A stretch of 63,966 nucleotides of DNA, the filler included, from Folioceros fuciformis (lineage: Eukaryota), in NCBI GenBank assembly GCA_049999805.1. It is 19 parts of 19 records of this genome, joined end to end, with 100 filler letters (N's around TTAATTAATTAA, not from the genome) between each part and the next. Parts side by side here need not be neighbours in the genome. Positions count along the whole stretch, not along the records: positions 1 to 11,780 come from JBNGIO010004715.1; positions 11,881 to 18,780 come from JBNGIO010004717.1; positions 18,881 to 22,028 come from JBNGIO010004718.1; 16 more parts are not named here. The stretch is one strand, 5' to 3'. Positions within the stretch are counted from its first letter, which is position 1, and each line of letters begins with the position of its first letter. This document shows positions 10,321 through 21,800 of the stretch, in pieces. Below the pieces are notes generated by a model. It was not told where the DNA came from. It was given only the letters and a program-made list of their open reading frames with translations, and searched no databases. The translations under genes were made by a program, and so were the position numbers.

Positions 10321-11420
10321 GCCAGACCAGAATGAGCAAGCTTCTATCCTTAGCTTGCGCACTTCTGACCGGCGCACTTCTGATGTCTTCACGCCGGTAG
10401 ATCGGCGCACTCCTACCGTCCAGGGTTAAATGAGCAATATTGAAAAAGCTTTAACATTTTACAATTTCAAGTAATTCCAATTTCAAAAAATATCATTCCG
10501 TCTACATGCAGGCGGTAGTGTCAGACCAACCGTGGAACTAGAGAAGATTAAAAAGTTATACTGTTGGTAACCCGCAATTTCAGCTAGTTTCTGGGTAAAC
10601 ATGACGAATAGAAAGTTTAGCATGACCGTTTTTCCATAGATTTGGGGGTAATCTACACCAAATAGCATGATTTCTGAATATGAGCCACGGAAAATGACGC
10701 AGAAAATAACCTGAAGCCCGATTTGGCGCAATACGACCATTAAGCGCAGACGCTCTTATGTTTGTTGTGGTGGCATAGTAACCTGGTCATTAAAGAAACA
10801 ACCGACTATTTCACTATCTTCGACTGAGCTTGAATATGCAGCCCTTACACAAGCAGCTAAGGAGGGTATATGGCTATGCTGGTTGCTTAAGGATTTAGGA
10901 CAGGAGCAAATGCAACCGACTAAGATCTTCTGTGACAACCAGTTGGGCTCTTACACTTGCTTAAAATCCCGTTTTTCATGCCTGCACTAAGCATGTTGAA
11001 GTGCATCACCATTTTATCAGAGATGCTGTGGCAACCAATCAAATCGAGCTAGAATATATTGCAACAGATGCAAATCCAGCTAATATTTTGACAAAAGTAT
11101 TGGGCAGAGTGAAACTTTACCTGTTTTGTGATTCTCTTGGAGTGAAGGACTCCAATCAAACAGTTCCCTCAAGTGTTTGAGTTTTATCATGCAGTCATTG
11201 TTTAGTTGTCCTAAGCAACAACAAGGGAAGTTTGACATGGCTACTTTAAGAGGTATCTGAGTCAAAAAATGACTCACTGACGAACCTACTCCTCTCAACT
11301 CTTCTACGTTCTAGAATTTCTATGAAGTTAGGGTCGAAGCTGTGCATAATTTCGTCATTGTCTTCATCTTCAGATCCATACTCAATTCCCGCTTCTTCAT
11401 ATAGCTTTAATTTAAACACT

Positions 11421-11780
11421 TGTGAACCTCCAAAGTTTGGGGTAGTAGTTTGTTTTGGTTGAAAAAGGGTTAATAGTGGTATGGTTTGGTTTTCTTTTTC
11501 AACTTATTTTCCCTAATTTTCCTTGATTTTCTGGTCATTTTTCCTATTTTTCTTTGTGCTAATTAGGTTAATTGACCAGGAAATAGTTGGTTTAGTTATA
11601 AGAGTGGGTATAGGTTTGGTCCCAGACCTGGGAAGGTTTAGGTTCGGTACCAGGCCATAGGGTTGGGTGATTTAGTTTAATATTAATTAAAGATATATAT
11701 AATATTAAATGATTAAATAATAATATAATGATGAAAATAATAAAATAATGGTTTGAACATAGGAACAGGTATCTGGGTAT
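11421..11780 (+). repeat. High-copy dispersed repeat (LTR-like, begins TGTGAACC), copy 1
   Basis: Near-identical to 30201-30569 and 61738-62109; two of the three copies end at assembly gaps at the same point. Confidence 0.8.
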
Positions 11781-11880
11781 NNNNNNNNNNNNNNNNNNNN
11801 NNNNNNNNNNNNNNNNNNNNNNNNTTAATTAATTAANNNNNNNNNNNNNNNNNNNNNNNNNNNNNNNNNNNNNNNNNNNN
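11781..11880. other. Artificial contig spacer N-TTAATTAATTAA-N (first of about 19)
   Basis: Same six-frame-stop linker flanked by Ns at about 18781, 22029, 27908, 30570, 32560, 41912, 43977, 45435, 46800, 49294, 53229, 54682, 57037, 58366, 59964, 61603 and 62824. Confidence 0.97.
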
Positions 11881-11886
11881 AGCCGC

Positions 11887-12000
11887 GTGTTGCCGGCTGT
11901 ACAGTGTCTGGTAGGATCGCGGGCAGCATGTTGCCGGCTGTAGAGTGTCTGGTAGGATCGTGGGCAGCGTGTTGCCGGTGGTATAGTGTCTGGTAGGATC
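11887..12000 (+). repeat. Tandem repeat, about 41-bp unit, 3 copies
   Basis: GTGTTGCCGGCTGTA(C/G)AGTGTCTGGTAGGATCG(C/T)GGGCAGC repeated at the contig edge. Confidence 0.8.
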
Positions 12001-12825
12001 ACAAGGTGTAATGACCAGGGTGAAGGGGCTTGGCCCTAGCTCTTGATTGTAAAGGATGTGTCTTTCTCTGGACCTGTCCACTCTTGTTCCTTGCTTGGAC
12101 AAGTTCTGTAGGCCAGCCATGTTTCATGGCGTCTGGTAAGGTTGTGGGGGGGAGATATCCAAGAGGGGAGTGTGTTCCCTTCTTTCTTTTCTTTGGGGTT
12201 AGTCTAGTGACTCTTGCCGGGTAGGAGGAGTCAGTAGGGAAGTGTAGAAGGTAGTGGTGTCATTGTTAGTTGCTGGTGTTGGTGCTGGAGTGAGAGAGTG
12301 AGTGAAGTGAGTGAGGGAAGTCACAGATCTAAGAGGTTAGGGTCGTTGTAGTGACTGGAGTGAGTTTGTGGGCACCGAGAGAGGTGCAGCTGACCGCCGG
12401 ACAGCGAGGCCTGTCCTACGCCTGATCGGAGTTGGAAGGGAGCCCTCGAATCCATCATCGAGTCGATCAAGTCCGACCCTCCATCCACAGTAGCAAGGAA
12501 CCCCATCGCTCCTTCGTGGGAACGAAACCCAATGTCTCAACGATAGTGGGATAAGTGTGGCCACTAAAGGTGGAACCCGTTGGCAATCAGTGCCCGTGGT
12601 TTTGCCTCCACAGAAGGCATGCCGACTATTGCCGCCCATGACCCAGCTGTTGAGCCCCCCCATGGGGGGCTCAGTGCCTCCATTGAGCCACCTAGTTAGC
12701 TCCCTCTCGGCGCCCCGCCTTCCCTCTCAGCCTCAGCTGCCTTCACCATACCGGAGCTCTTTCGCATCCAATCCCCCGCAAGTCGACATCATACCGGCTG
12801 GTTTATGCAAGAGTGCAGACTCAAT

Positions 12826-13148
12826 TCCATACTTGAAACTTGCAACCCGGCAATGAGATTTACTTGATTTTTATGAAGCATCATCCATACTTGAAACTTG
12901 CAACCCTAGGGTTCAACTGCGACCCGGGTTCAAATCTTGGCAACGAGACTCACTTGTTTTTATGAAGCATCATCCATACTACGGTTCAATTTCTTTTTAT
13001 GAAGCATCATCCATACTTGAAACTTGCAACCCTGGGGTTCAACTGCGAACCAAGTTCAAATCTTGGCAAGGAGACTCACTTGTTTTTATGAAGCATCATT
13101 CATACTAGGGTTCAAATGCGACTTGGGTTTGAATCGTGACAATGAGTT
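12826..13148 (+). repeat. Tandem array containing the 3' half of a tRNA-derived element
   Basis: Units of TTTTATGAAGCATCATCCATACTTGAAACTTGCAACCC and GGGTTCAACTGCGACCCGGGTTCAAATCTTGGCAACGAGA; the latter matches the T-arm and acceptor end of 16812-16902. Confidence 0.75.
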
Positions 13149-14014
13149 TAGGGCCTTAATCTCGGCACATGGATGCCACCTTTGACCAACCTCCCAACCC
13201 CCACACGTTCCAGATTAGACGCATGTGGTTACACCTCAGAAGGTTGGAAGCATAGTCTAGCAAGTTAAAATATAAATTTTAACTTTGACATGAGATTGCT
13301 TTGCAACAATTTCAGTCAAGAAGGAAAGGAACTCTCAACCTTTAGTCATTGGACCATACACTATTGGTGATACATGTGCAGCTGAAGGGCTATGGGTACT
13401 TGCACGACCGACATCATTCATTGAGCAAGTCCAATGCACGACCGACATCATTCATTGAGCAAGTCCAATGGAAGAAACTCAAGGGCACGATAGATATAGC
13501 TTAATTCATATGACGGGCATGTTTTTCTAATTCATGGACAAATTATTTAGACATAGCTTGCCGATTTCTAACATTTCTAACCTTCGCTATAGTACTTCCT
13601 GCTTTAAGAACGGGCAGATGGGATTCACAGCTACATAGAGCTTTATAGGAGTTGCAGCATGACTCCCTCGAGCTTGTGATTATGAATGAGTTTTTGAGAA
13701 ACATTGAGGATGGAGTTCAAGCACAAAGGTTGTTCGATTGGGTTGCAAAGGAAAGAGGTTTCTTAGTTTTCTTCTGTGTAAGTAAGTAGAGAGGAACTTG
13801 GAGTGAGTTCCAAGGCACACTCAATGTGGCTTCTATTGGAACTATAGTGGAACCGATAACTAAGAGGACTTCACAATCAATAATGAGGGTATAGTGGTGG
13901 AAGCGATAGCTAAGAGGACTTCACATTCAATGATAAGGGTACATACAATCTCTCCCAACAAGCTAAGGAAATCTATGATAGCAATTTGTTTTTAAACTAC
14001 ATGATATCTTATCT

Positions 14015-15453
14015 TCACTTCATTCTTCTAGTGCGAAGTCTCCTATTAAATTTTGATATACAACCAAGTTTTGAGCTTGGCTTGTAGGTTGGATCCATTA
14101 CATAATCATCACCACTTGAATTGCTTTCCAAATTGCTTTGTAAATCATACATCCTTTTTCTTTTGCTACATTGTATCCTTTTGTTGACCACCCTTTTCTT
14201 GTCCTTGCAAGGAATGTAGGTTGGATCCGTTTCAGAATCTTTAACACTTGCAATACATTTTGAGCTTGGCTTGTACGTTGGATCCCTTACAAAATCATCA
14301 TCACTTGAAACACTTTCAGGACCGCTGTATAAATCATTGATTGGTTTTCTAAGCATCAGTTGTCTTCTAGTAGATTTCATTGTTTTATTGGCTAGTTGTT
14401 CCTCCTTCTTGCATGGCATGTATTTCATTACATTGTGATAGAAAACTATTTTTAGTTCTTCATCATGTAGATTTTCAAAATGAAATTTCATATCAATAAC
14501 TTTTGATGAACATGAAAATTTGACACTGTTTTACAATTACCAAAAAAAGGATGTCCTAAAGCTTGCTTTGCGGTTATTCTATCTTGGGGTTGGAAAGAGA
14601 GGAGTTGTTTAAGTAATGACAAAGCTAGGGGATCGGCTTTCGGAAATTGAAATTCAAAAGAACTTTTAAGGTGCTTTGTCGACATCTCATCTTCAGCTTC
14701 AAAAAAGCTTTCAATAATATTAAGTTGTTTTTCATTTCCCATAGAAGAATCTCCTTCAAACAAAATTCCTCGTTGTAATATTTCAGCAAAGATGCATCCT
14801 ATGCTCCATATGTCAATGGCTGAAGCGTAGTATTTTGTACCATCTGTACAAATCTCTGGAGCACGGTAACATTCAGTTACAATATCATAGATAAAATTTT
14901 CCTGGTGGATGAAATTTCTCGGTGGAATTAATCGAGCTAACCCAAAATCACATATTTTAAGCACACCTTGAGAGTTTAGTAGTATATTTTCAGGCTTCAA
15001 GTCTCTATGAACAATATTTGCTTCATGTAAATAATCTACAGCTTGAAGAATTTGCTGCATCAAATATCGTTGTTTCTCAAGAGGAAACTCGTCAACATCT
15101 TGTAACTCTTGTGATAAATCATGATCCATCAACTCCGTGATAATATAAACTTCATCTACGTTTTCTATTTCTATTGGTGGAAAAATTATTTCTTCTAGTT
15201 TGATGATATTTGGATGGTGGAGCATTTGGAGCAATATTATCTCTCGCAAAATAGGAATTATCGTGCAACGAGACCAATTCTTGAAATTGATATTTTTAAT
15301 AGCCACGCTTTCATCTGTCCTTAAATCTGTTGCTGCACAAACTTTTCCATAAACTCCTCTTCCTTTAATTTTAGTCAGAAGATATCGAGATTGTGTGTCA
15401 TATTTCCAAAAGTACGAGTTAACGTCACCTGGTAAATCCTTTTCCTGATACAT
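14015..15453 (-). pseudogene. Intronless, diverged group-D (TDY-type) MAP kinase derivative, split by a frameshift/ATGA overlap at 14488-14491
   Basis: GRGVYGKV, VAIK, LREI, HRDLKPEN, DFGLAR, YRAPEIC, AIDIWSIGCIFAE and FPKADPLALSLL. The next ORF begins KFHFE...ELKIVFYHNVMKY, resembling the group-D MAPK EFEFE...ELIYREILEY tail. No TxY (NFIYDIVT). Confidence 0.75.
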
Positions 15454-15934
15454 GTCGCAATATACTAATTTAAATCTTTTTTTCTTCTTCTAATCTTAAG
15501 ATGTTGAGTTCCTCAACATAAAATGAACATGTTCCTTTCTATGCCTTAACAATAGTAGCACTGAAGGTCTAATAGATGCCTATACACGAAAAGGCATTAA
15601 AAGAAGAACGAGGATCTCATGAAGTGTATTAGAATCCTTGAATTTTCTCGCCCATGACTTTAAGGAGCTTAGATGTTTTCTTCCATCTCGAGCTCTAGAT
15701 CCTTTTCTTGGTTGCATGTGTAAGGAAAATATTAAGTCCCAAGTTTTATGCATTAAAAGTGGAAAACAATCTATTCATATATAGCCTTGGGCATAGCTAT
15801 TTTAGAATATGGGGAAACATTTATCTCGATCTTAACATTATCTCATATAGTTTTAGGATATATATCCTACATAGCTCTAGGATATATATTTCTAGGCTCC
15901 ATATAGGACGTAGAAACAGACATTTCTTTGATCT

Positions 15935-16096
15935 AGGACTGAATGATGTCATGGCTTAGAGGACTCAATGATGTCATGGATTACAAGACTCAATCCTTTC
16001 ATGGCTTAGAGGACGCAGTGATGTCATGGATTACAAGACTCAATGATGTCATGGCTTAGAGGTCTCAATGATGTCATGGTTTAGAAGACTCAAGAT
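15935..16096 (+). repeat. Minisatellite, 25-bp unit, about 6.5 copies with alternating variants
   Basis: A(G/A)GACTCAATGATGTCATGG(CTTAG/ATTAC) repeated. Confidence 0.9.
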
Positions 16097-16811
16097 ATCA
16101 AGTTTTGTATGATGCTAGTCAAAGTACACATGGAAAGTGGATGCCAACTAGTGAGCACCCACTTTCTTTGATGATGGTCATTACTCTTGAAAAACAAATC
16201 ATTCCATCTTCGGCCTAGTTTAACAAGGATTATGTCAAAGACATATTACATTAGAAAAACACATGGAAGTCTATGCATATTTTTGTGAAAGGGGTTTACT
16301 AGTAGAGGTTAAGGCATAGTATCCCTTAACCTCTTTGCATGGTGTTGTATCTAGTTATATAGCATGATGAATAACACAAATGAAACTTTTGTAGTATTGT
16401 AAAGTATGATGATATTTCATAATTTATTTATTTTACTATTATATAGTATAATGCGATGTCATGAAACAAATCAAAGAAAGTGGTTTTTGTTATTCTATTT
16501 CCTTGTTATCGAAACGAACTTATTTATTTTAGTAGAAAAAGATGAAAAAAAACAATCCACGCCTAGAGAGAGATAAACCATGAAAGGAACACTAGGGCCA
16601 ACCCCAAAGCCTAATGAACGCTTGTTATCTAGTTATGTAGTATCATTTGTAACAAAAATAAAACTTTTATATTATAGTAAAGTATAGGGTGTAGTATCAT
16701 ATATATCATATAAAGTATCACATAGTATATACTATTGCATAATATGATGATACTTCACAAAACAAAGTGATTCTTGTAATAAATTAGTAAACTGAAGAAA
16801 TGTGGTTGAAA

Positions 16812-16902
16812 TCTTGTTGCCGGGATTCGAACCCGGGTCGTAGTTGAACCCCGTGTAGTGGCGATTCAAACTCTGTACTTAAACCACTATACTACAACAA
16901 GA
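16812..16902 (-). ncRNA. tRNA-derived Pol III-type element (tRNA-Asp-like body, aberrant elongated anticodon arm)
   Basis: Perfect TCTTGTTG/CAACAAGA terminal stem, A box TAGTATAGTGG, T arm CCGGG-TTCGAAT-CCCGG; no canonical 7-nt anticodon loop. Decayed second copy at about 17000-17060. Confidence 0.65.
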
Positions 16903-17067
16903 TTGGTGTTCGAAGTTGGTGTTTCCTTGGTAACTAGTTGTGAAATATCATTATTATTAATGATACATTTGTGCTAAATAATATGTTGCACAAAACAAAG
17001 CAATTCGAATCCAACAAGAAGTTGAACATCATGTAGTGGTGGTCCAAACTTTGTTTCTTACAAATAC

Positions 17068-18780
17068 TGTGAGATTAGATCCTAAGTATCTATGATATCT
17101 TAGGTGTTACTGTTGTTTAGGCTCATTAGCTTCCAGTGCTAGCCTCTATGGCCCGGTCGACTGTGGTGCATGACTCAACTCTTTCGAGGTAGCTGATGGC
17201 ATGGTTATCTTGTCGAAGAGTTAGGGGAACCTATGTCTTTTGTTAAATAGGTGCATACTTAATTAATTAATGAACAGTCAACGGGCATGTGCCAACGGGC
17301 ACATGCCAACTAGTACAGGTCAAGTCGGTTAGGTCAAACAGTGTCCTGACACTTGGACATGCCAACAACACCTGTGTGCTGAATGTGCTCTTTTATAATT
17401 ATGTTGTCTTTCTGCTCATCGTTGTGATCTTGTGATCCTAGCCTCTATTCGATCCTAGATGTCTTAACCATGAGATGGTATATCAGAGCCTGCTAACGCT
17501 TCTGATTTGCACGCCTGCCCAAAGAAAAGTTCTTCTTGGAGAATGCACCATTATACCTGCATTCCAGAAAAACGCGCAAGTCAAAAAACTGGCATCTAGG
17601 GATACTCTGAAAATTCCTAGAGGGTCCCAACATGCCTCGGCTTAGTGGTAATCGTCAACGACAAAATCAGAGCTCCTTGGGACGAGTACAATCTCAGACA
17701 GCTCCGATCGTGACATTACAACGTACCAAGGAAACCTTGGACCCTTACCAGAGGCATTCCGGTGAAGACTCTTTTGGGAGGCTCACTAGGGCTCGACAGT
17801 GTGCTGTCTACACAAGTGCTGCAAGCAATTGCTGGAATCCTGTACAAGACCAAGACATCTTGGGTGATATCACTCACCAAGAACCTGGACACAAACAGAA
17901 CATTGTTTAGTGCTCCAACTGTTCAGCTATTGGCTGCACTCAACAATTTAACAGGAAATCATTTATCAGTAGTAGGTCTACTAACCCAAATCCTACCAGC
18001 AATCATCATCTTGATTCCCAACTGCTTGCTCTTCTACAAGCACTCAGTTCGCAAGGAAAGGTGCACACAAAGTTACACCTAAAAACTCATAGTATCGCTG
18101 TTGATAGAGGGAGAGACACGACGAATTCTTAGTCACAATCTCTCGCAAGCTTGATCTCATTAACACTAGAGTGAGTCAACTTTTAGCTGCGGATACATCT
18201 CTAAGTCATATACTCAAAGAATCAACCCTGGTTGTGAATTCCACTACTGGAGATGTCTCTCAATCAGATTTCTAGTTCCATCTAGGTTATGTCCTCCCGT
18301 TCCTCCTCCTCTAGTACAAGATTTACATCCTCCTCTGAGCCTAGCACACCTCCTCAACGACTGAAACTTCTTAAGTTTCCCTTGAGGAAAAACCCTAAGA
18401 TTTCTGCAAAGGCAAAGATGTCTGGTCCAGAAGGAGGAGGAGGAGGAGGGGGTGGTGGCAGTGGAGGAGGAGGTGGCAGCGGTGGTGCACAAGTACCATC
18501 AGCACCTACTCATACCAGTGTCACACATTTCAAGGTTGACTTCAAGGACAAAGATAGGTTTAATGGCAGCGACTACGAAATCTGGACAATCAGGCTTCGT
18601 ACCATCCTTGAAGAAGAGGATCTTCTAGACATTGTTCTAGGAACTAAGCCAAAGCCAGCCACAGGTTCTCCACCTGCAGACATTGAGGCTTGGGCCAAGG
18701 CTGATCGTCGAGCCCGAAGCATTCTTGTTGCAGGTCTGGACAAAAACATGCTGCACCATGTGCAGGGGCTGGATACTAAC
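17068..18780 (+). mobile_element. Copia 5' end: LTR (about 17068-17470), PBS variant, leader ORF(s), gag start
   Basis: TG...CA LTR; TGGTATATCAGAGC at 17476-17489; ORFs 17632-17910 and 17762-18082; gag DRFNGSDYEIW at 18289-18780. Confidence 0.8.
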
Positions 18781-18880
18781 NNNNNNNNNNNNNNNNNNNN
18801 NNNNNNNNNNNNNNNNNNNNNNNNTTAATTAATTAANNNNNNNNNNNNNNNNNNNNNNNNNNNNNNNNNNNNNNNNNNNN

Positions 18881-21800
18881 TGGAGGTGGAGTTTCTACCA
18901 ACTGCAGCAGATGTCTGGACACAACTACATGATACATATCAAGTAAGGAATATATTGACTCTTGTTGCTGCTAGGAATGAATTCTATGGACTAAGAATGA
19001 AGGAGGGAGATACAATGAGTGCTCACATTACCCGCTTCCGCTACTTGAGACAACAAATTGTTCAGCTTGGTGGAACTGTATCTGATATAGACACAGTTGC
19101 ACAATTGTTGTCCAGTCTTCCTTCCTCCTATCAAAACTTTGTGGCCACACAGAATGTAGCCTTGCGCACCTCTGTTGCCACAGTTAAAGCAGGTGGTGCT
19201 GCCACCCTCACTTTCAATGAGCTAGTGGGAGCTCTCCATCAAGAGGAGCAGACTCGCCATCGGCCTTCTGGTTCTACAAAGGTTAGAACAGAGAAAGTGT
19301 TAGTTGCAATGAAGAAGCCTTTTGGGAAGGGGAAGGGTAAGGGTAAGAAAACCCCACCTGGAAATCCCAAAAGGCAAGGCAACTATAATTGGTGTCAGCT
19401 CCCTGGCCACTAGGAAAGAGAGTGCCGTAAGAAGAAATCAGGAGAAGCTCGCAAGGAGCCAAAACTTGAAGCTCATGTTGCTGAAAGAGGCAACAAATCT
19501 TCTAGTACCCAAAGTGCTCAAAAGAGCAGCTCAACAGTGTTGACTGTCTGCTTCACTTCAACAAGAGAGCATCCCTCTCTTTGGTTCATTGACTCAGGGG
19601 CGACCTCACATGTGTGTAACAATCGCCACCTGTTCACTACCTTCATTAGACAGTCATTCCCACAGTCAGTGTATGTGGGAGATTCACGTGCTGTGAAGGT
19701 ACTAGGAAGTGGAACAGTAAGTGTACCTATCTCTAGTTCACTCTTGAATTGCTAGATGTACTTTATGTTCCTAACATGTCAAAGAACCTGTTGTCAATTA
19801 GAGCACTTACACAAATGTCAGAGTTTGCTTTTCGCTTTGAGAAGGACTCCTGCTGTTTGTATAGCATAACACAACCTAGAGTGTGTTTAGCTAGAGGGTT
19901 ACTTAAGAATGATCTCTATCAGCTTTCAGTGGGAGATCATAGTCCAGCTGTGAATGTTGCTACATCTAAGTCTCTAGCAAATCTATGGCATGCTAGACTT
20001 GGACATGTAAATAAGGTCAAGCTAGACTTAATGTCCACAGGTGACTATTATAAAGAAAAGTTACCTTAATGCTTTAAGCACCTTCTAGTCTGCAAGTCAT
20101 GTGTACTCTCTAAACAAAAGGAGCTTCCTTTCAAGAACAAAAATGCTACAAGAGCTGATTGCGTTCTAGGATTGATTCACATGGACATTGCTGGGAAGAT
20201 ACAGGTACCTTCGCTAGGAGGAGCGGAGTACTACTTAACCTTGACTGATGATTTCAGTAGATACACTTGGACCTTTCCTCTTAAACAGAAAAGTGATGCT
20301 TTTGACAAGATATCATCCTGGATACCTATGGTACAAAGGCAAACTGGAAAGTTAGTCAAGTGTATGAGATCAGATAATGGAGGTGAATTTGTAGGTCACA
20401 AATATGACTCCCTATTTGATCAGTTTGGAATCACAAGGCAATTTTCCATACCATATACGCAACAGCAAAATGGTGTGGCAGAACGCAAGAACCAAACACT
20501 TATGGGAATGACTTGAAGCATGCTTTCATGGGCAGGACTTTCAAAGCGTTTCTGGGCTGAGGCCATAGTCACAGCAACTTACATTCTAAATAGAGTGTTG
20601 ACAAAGTCCGTGCCTGATAAAACTCCCTATGAATCATTCTGGGGAAGAAAACCAAGCTTGCTTCACCTAAGAGTTTTTGGTTCCCCTGCATTTGCCTTTA
20701 TTCCTCAACAGAAACGCAGGAAGTTAGGTGATAGGGCAAAGGCTCTAATTTTCCTAGGCTATTCTGAAGAATCTAAGGCATATAAATTATTTGACTCCAA
20801 TACTTCAGCTATTACCTTAGCTAGGAGTGTGACATTTGAAGAGTTGTCTTCACCACGTCCTGAAGCTTCAACATCTGTAGAAGATGCTCATGAAGACCTG
20901 TCTTATTCAGAAGATGGCTCAAATATACAACAGCATTTTAATCAAATACAAGATGAAGATGCTGAGGGTGACCTTGACCCTAATCAGTTTGCTGAATTTC
21001 CTTTATCTGATGGGGAGGAAGTGGTTGCTGAAAATACAGATGTTCATGAAGCCTTTGAGGAGAATTTACCACAAGTTGAAGGAGCTGATGATCCTTTTGA
21101 GGATGAAGGGTCAGTAGCCTCTCAACATTCTACACACAGTACAGCTGAAATTGTGCCAGAGGTCTTACCTCAAGTTCCACTAGCCCAAATCCAGGATCAA
21201 CCTCGTTATCCTATGAGAGAGAGGCGTACACGTGAGAATTGGTTAGAGAAACCATATGAATCAGTTGATTTCAGACAGGCCCATATTGCTGAAATATATG
21301 TACCTGACGTGAGACCTGACCCCCAATCCTATTCAAAGGCTATCAATGGCCCTGATGGTGATAAGTGGCGAATCTCCATTGATGATGAATTTAATTCCTT
21401 AGTAAAAAACAACACACCGTAAGCCAATCAGCTGTAAATGGGTTTTTAAAACAAAGCTCAAATCAGATGGCACAGTTGCACGTTACAAATCAAGACTTGT
21501 AGCGAGAGGGTTTAGTCAAATACCTGGTTTGGATTATGGTGATACCTTCTCACCTGTTGTTAAACCCCCATCTGTTAGAATTCTCCTTGCTATGGCAGCT
21601 GAATATAACTTGGAAGTTCACCAAATGGACGTGTGTACCGCTTTTCTTCATGGAGAGCTTGAAGAAACCCTGTACATGCAACAGCCAGAGGGGTTTGTTA
21701 GTAAGAAATATCCAAATAAAGTATGTAAGCTACTTAAAACTATTTATGGATTAAAGCAAAGTCCTCAAGCTTGCTATAAACGAATTGTGAAATACCTTCA

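Larger units (their letters stand above)
7944..10755. mobile_element. TIR DNA transposon (Sola-like, internally deleted) carrying a DNA methyltransferase gene
   Basis: TIRs GTCTGCGCCTAACGGTCGTATT (7948-7969) and AATACGACCATTAAGCGCAGAC (10730-10751); interrupts a Copia RNase H frame; contains a transposase remnant and an MTase. Right terminus reads 5'-GAG. No clean TSD resolved. Confidence 0.8.
6791..11150 (+). pseudogene. Decayed Copia RT-RNase H, split at about 7941-10755 by a DNA transposon
   Basis: HQMDVKTTFLHG, LYVDD and YADWA...AYAFM up to 7940; resumes at about 10756 with GGIVTWSLKKQPT...STELEY and HVEVHHHFIRD. Multiple stops and frameshifts. Confidence 0.88.

Noticed and set aside
11781-11880. 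Recurring TTAATTAATTAA motif flanked by Ns
   Set aside because: Artificial six-frame-stop contig linker, not biology; cross-linker gene neighbourhoods were not interpreted.
15935-16096. Regular repeats that could be mistaken for a CRISPR array
   Set aside because: Units are head-to-tail with no unique spacers, no cas genes are present, and the context is eukaryotic; it is a minisatellite.
16812-16902. Functional tRNA gene
   Set aside because: No register gives a 5-bp anticodon stem with a canonical 7-nt loop, with or without an intron.
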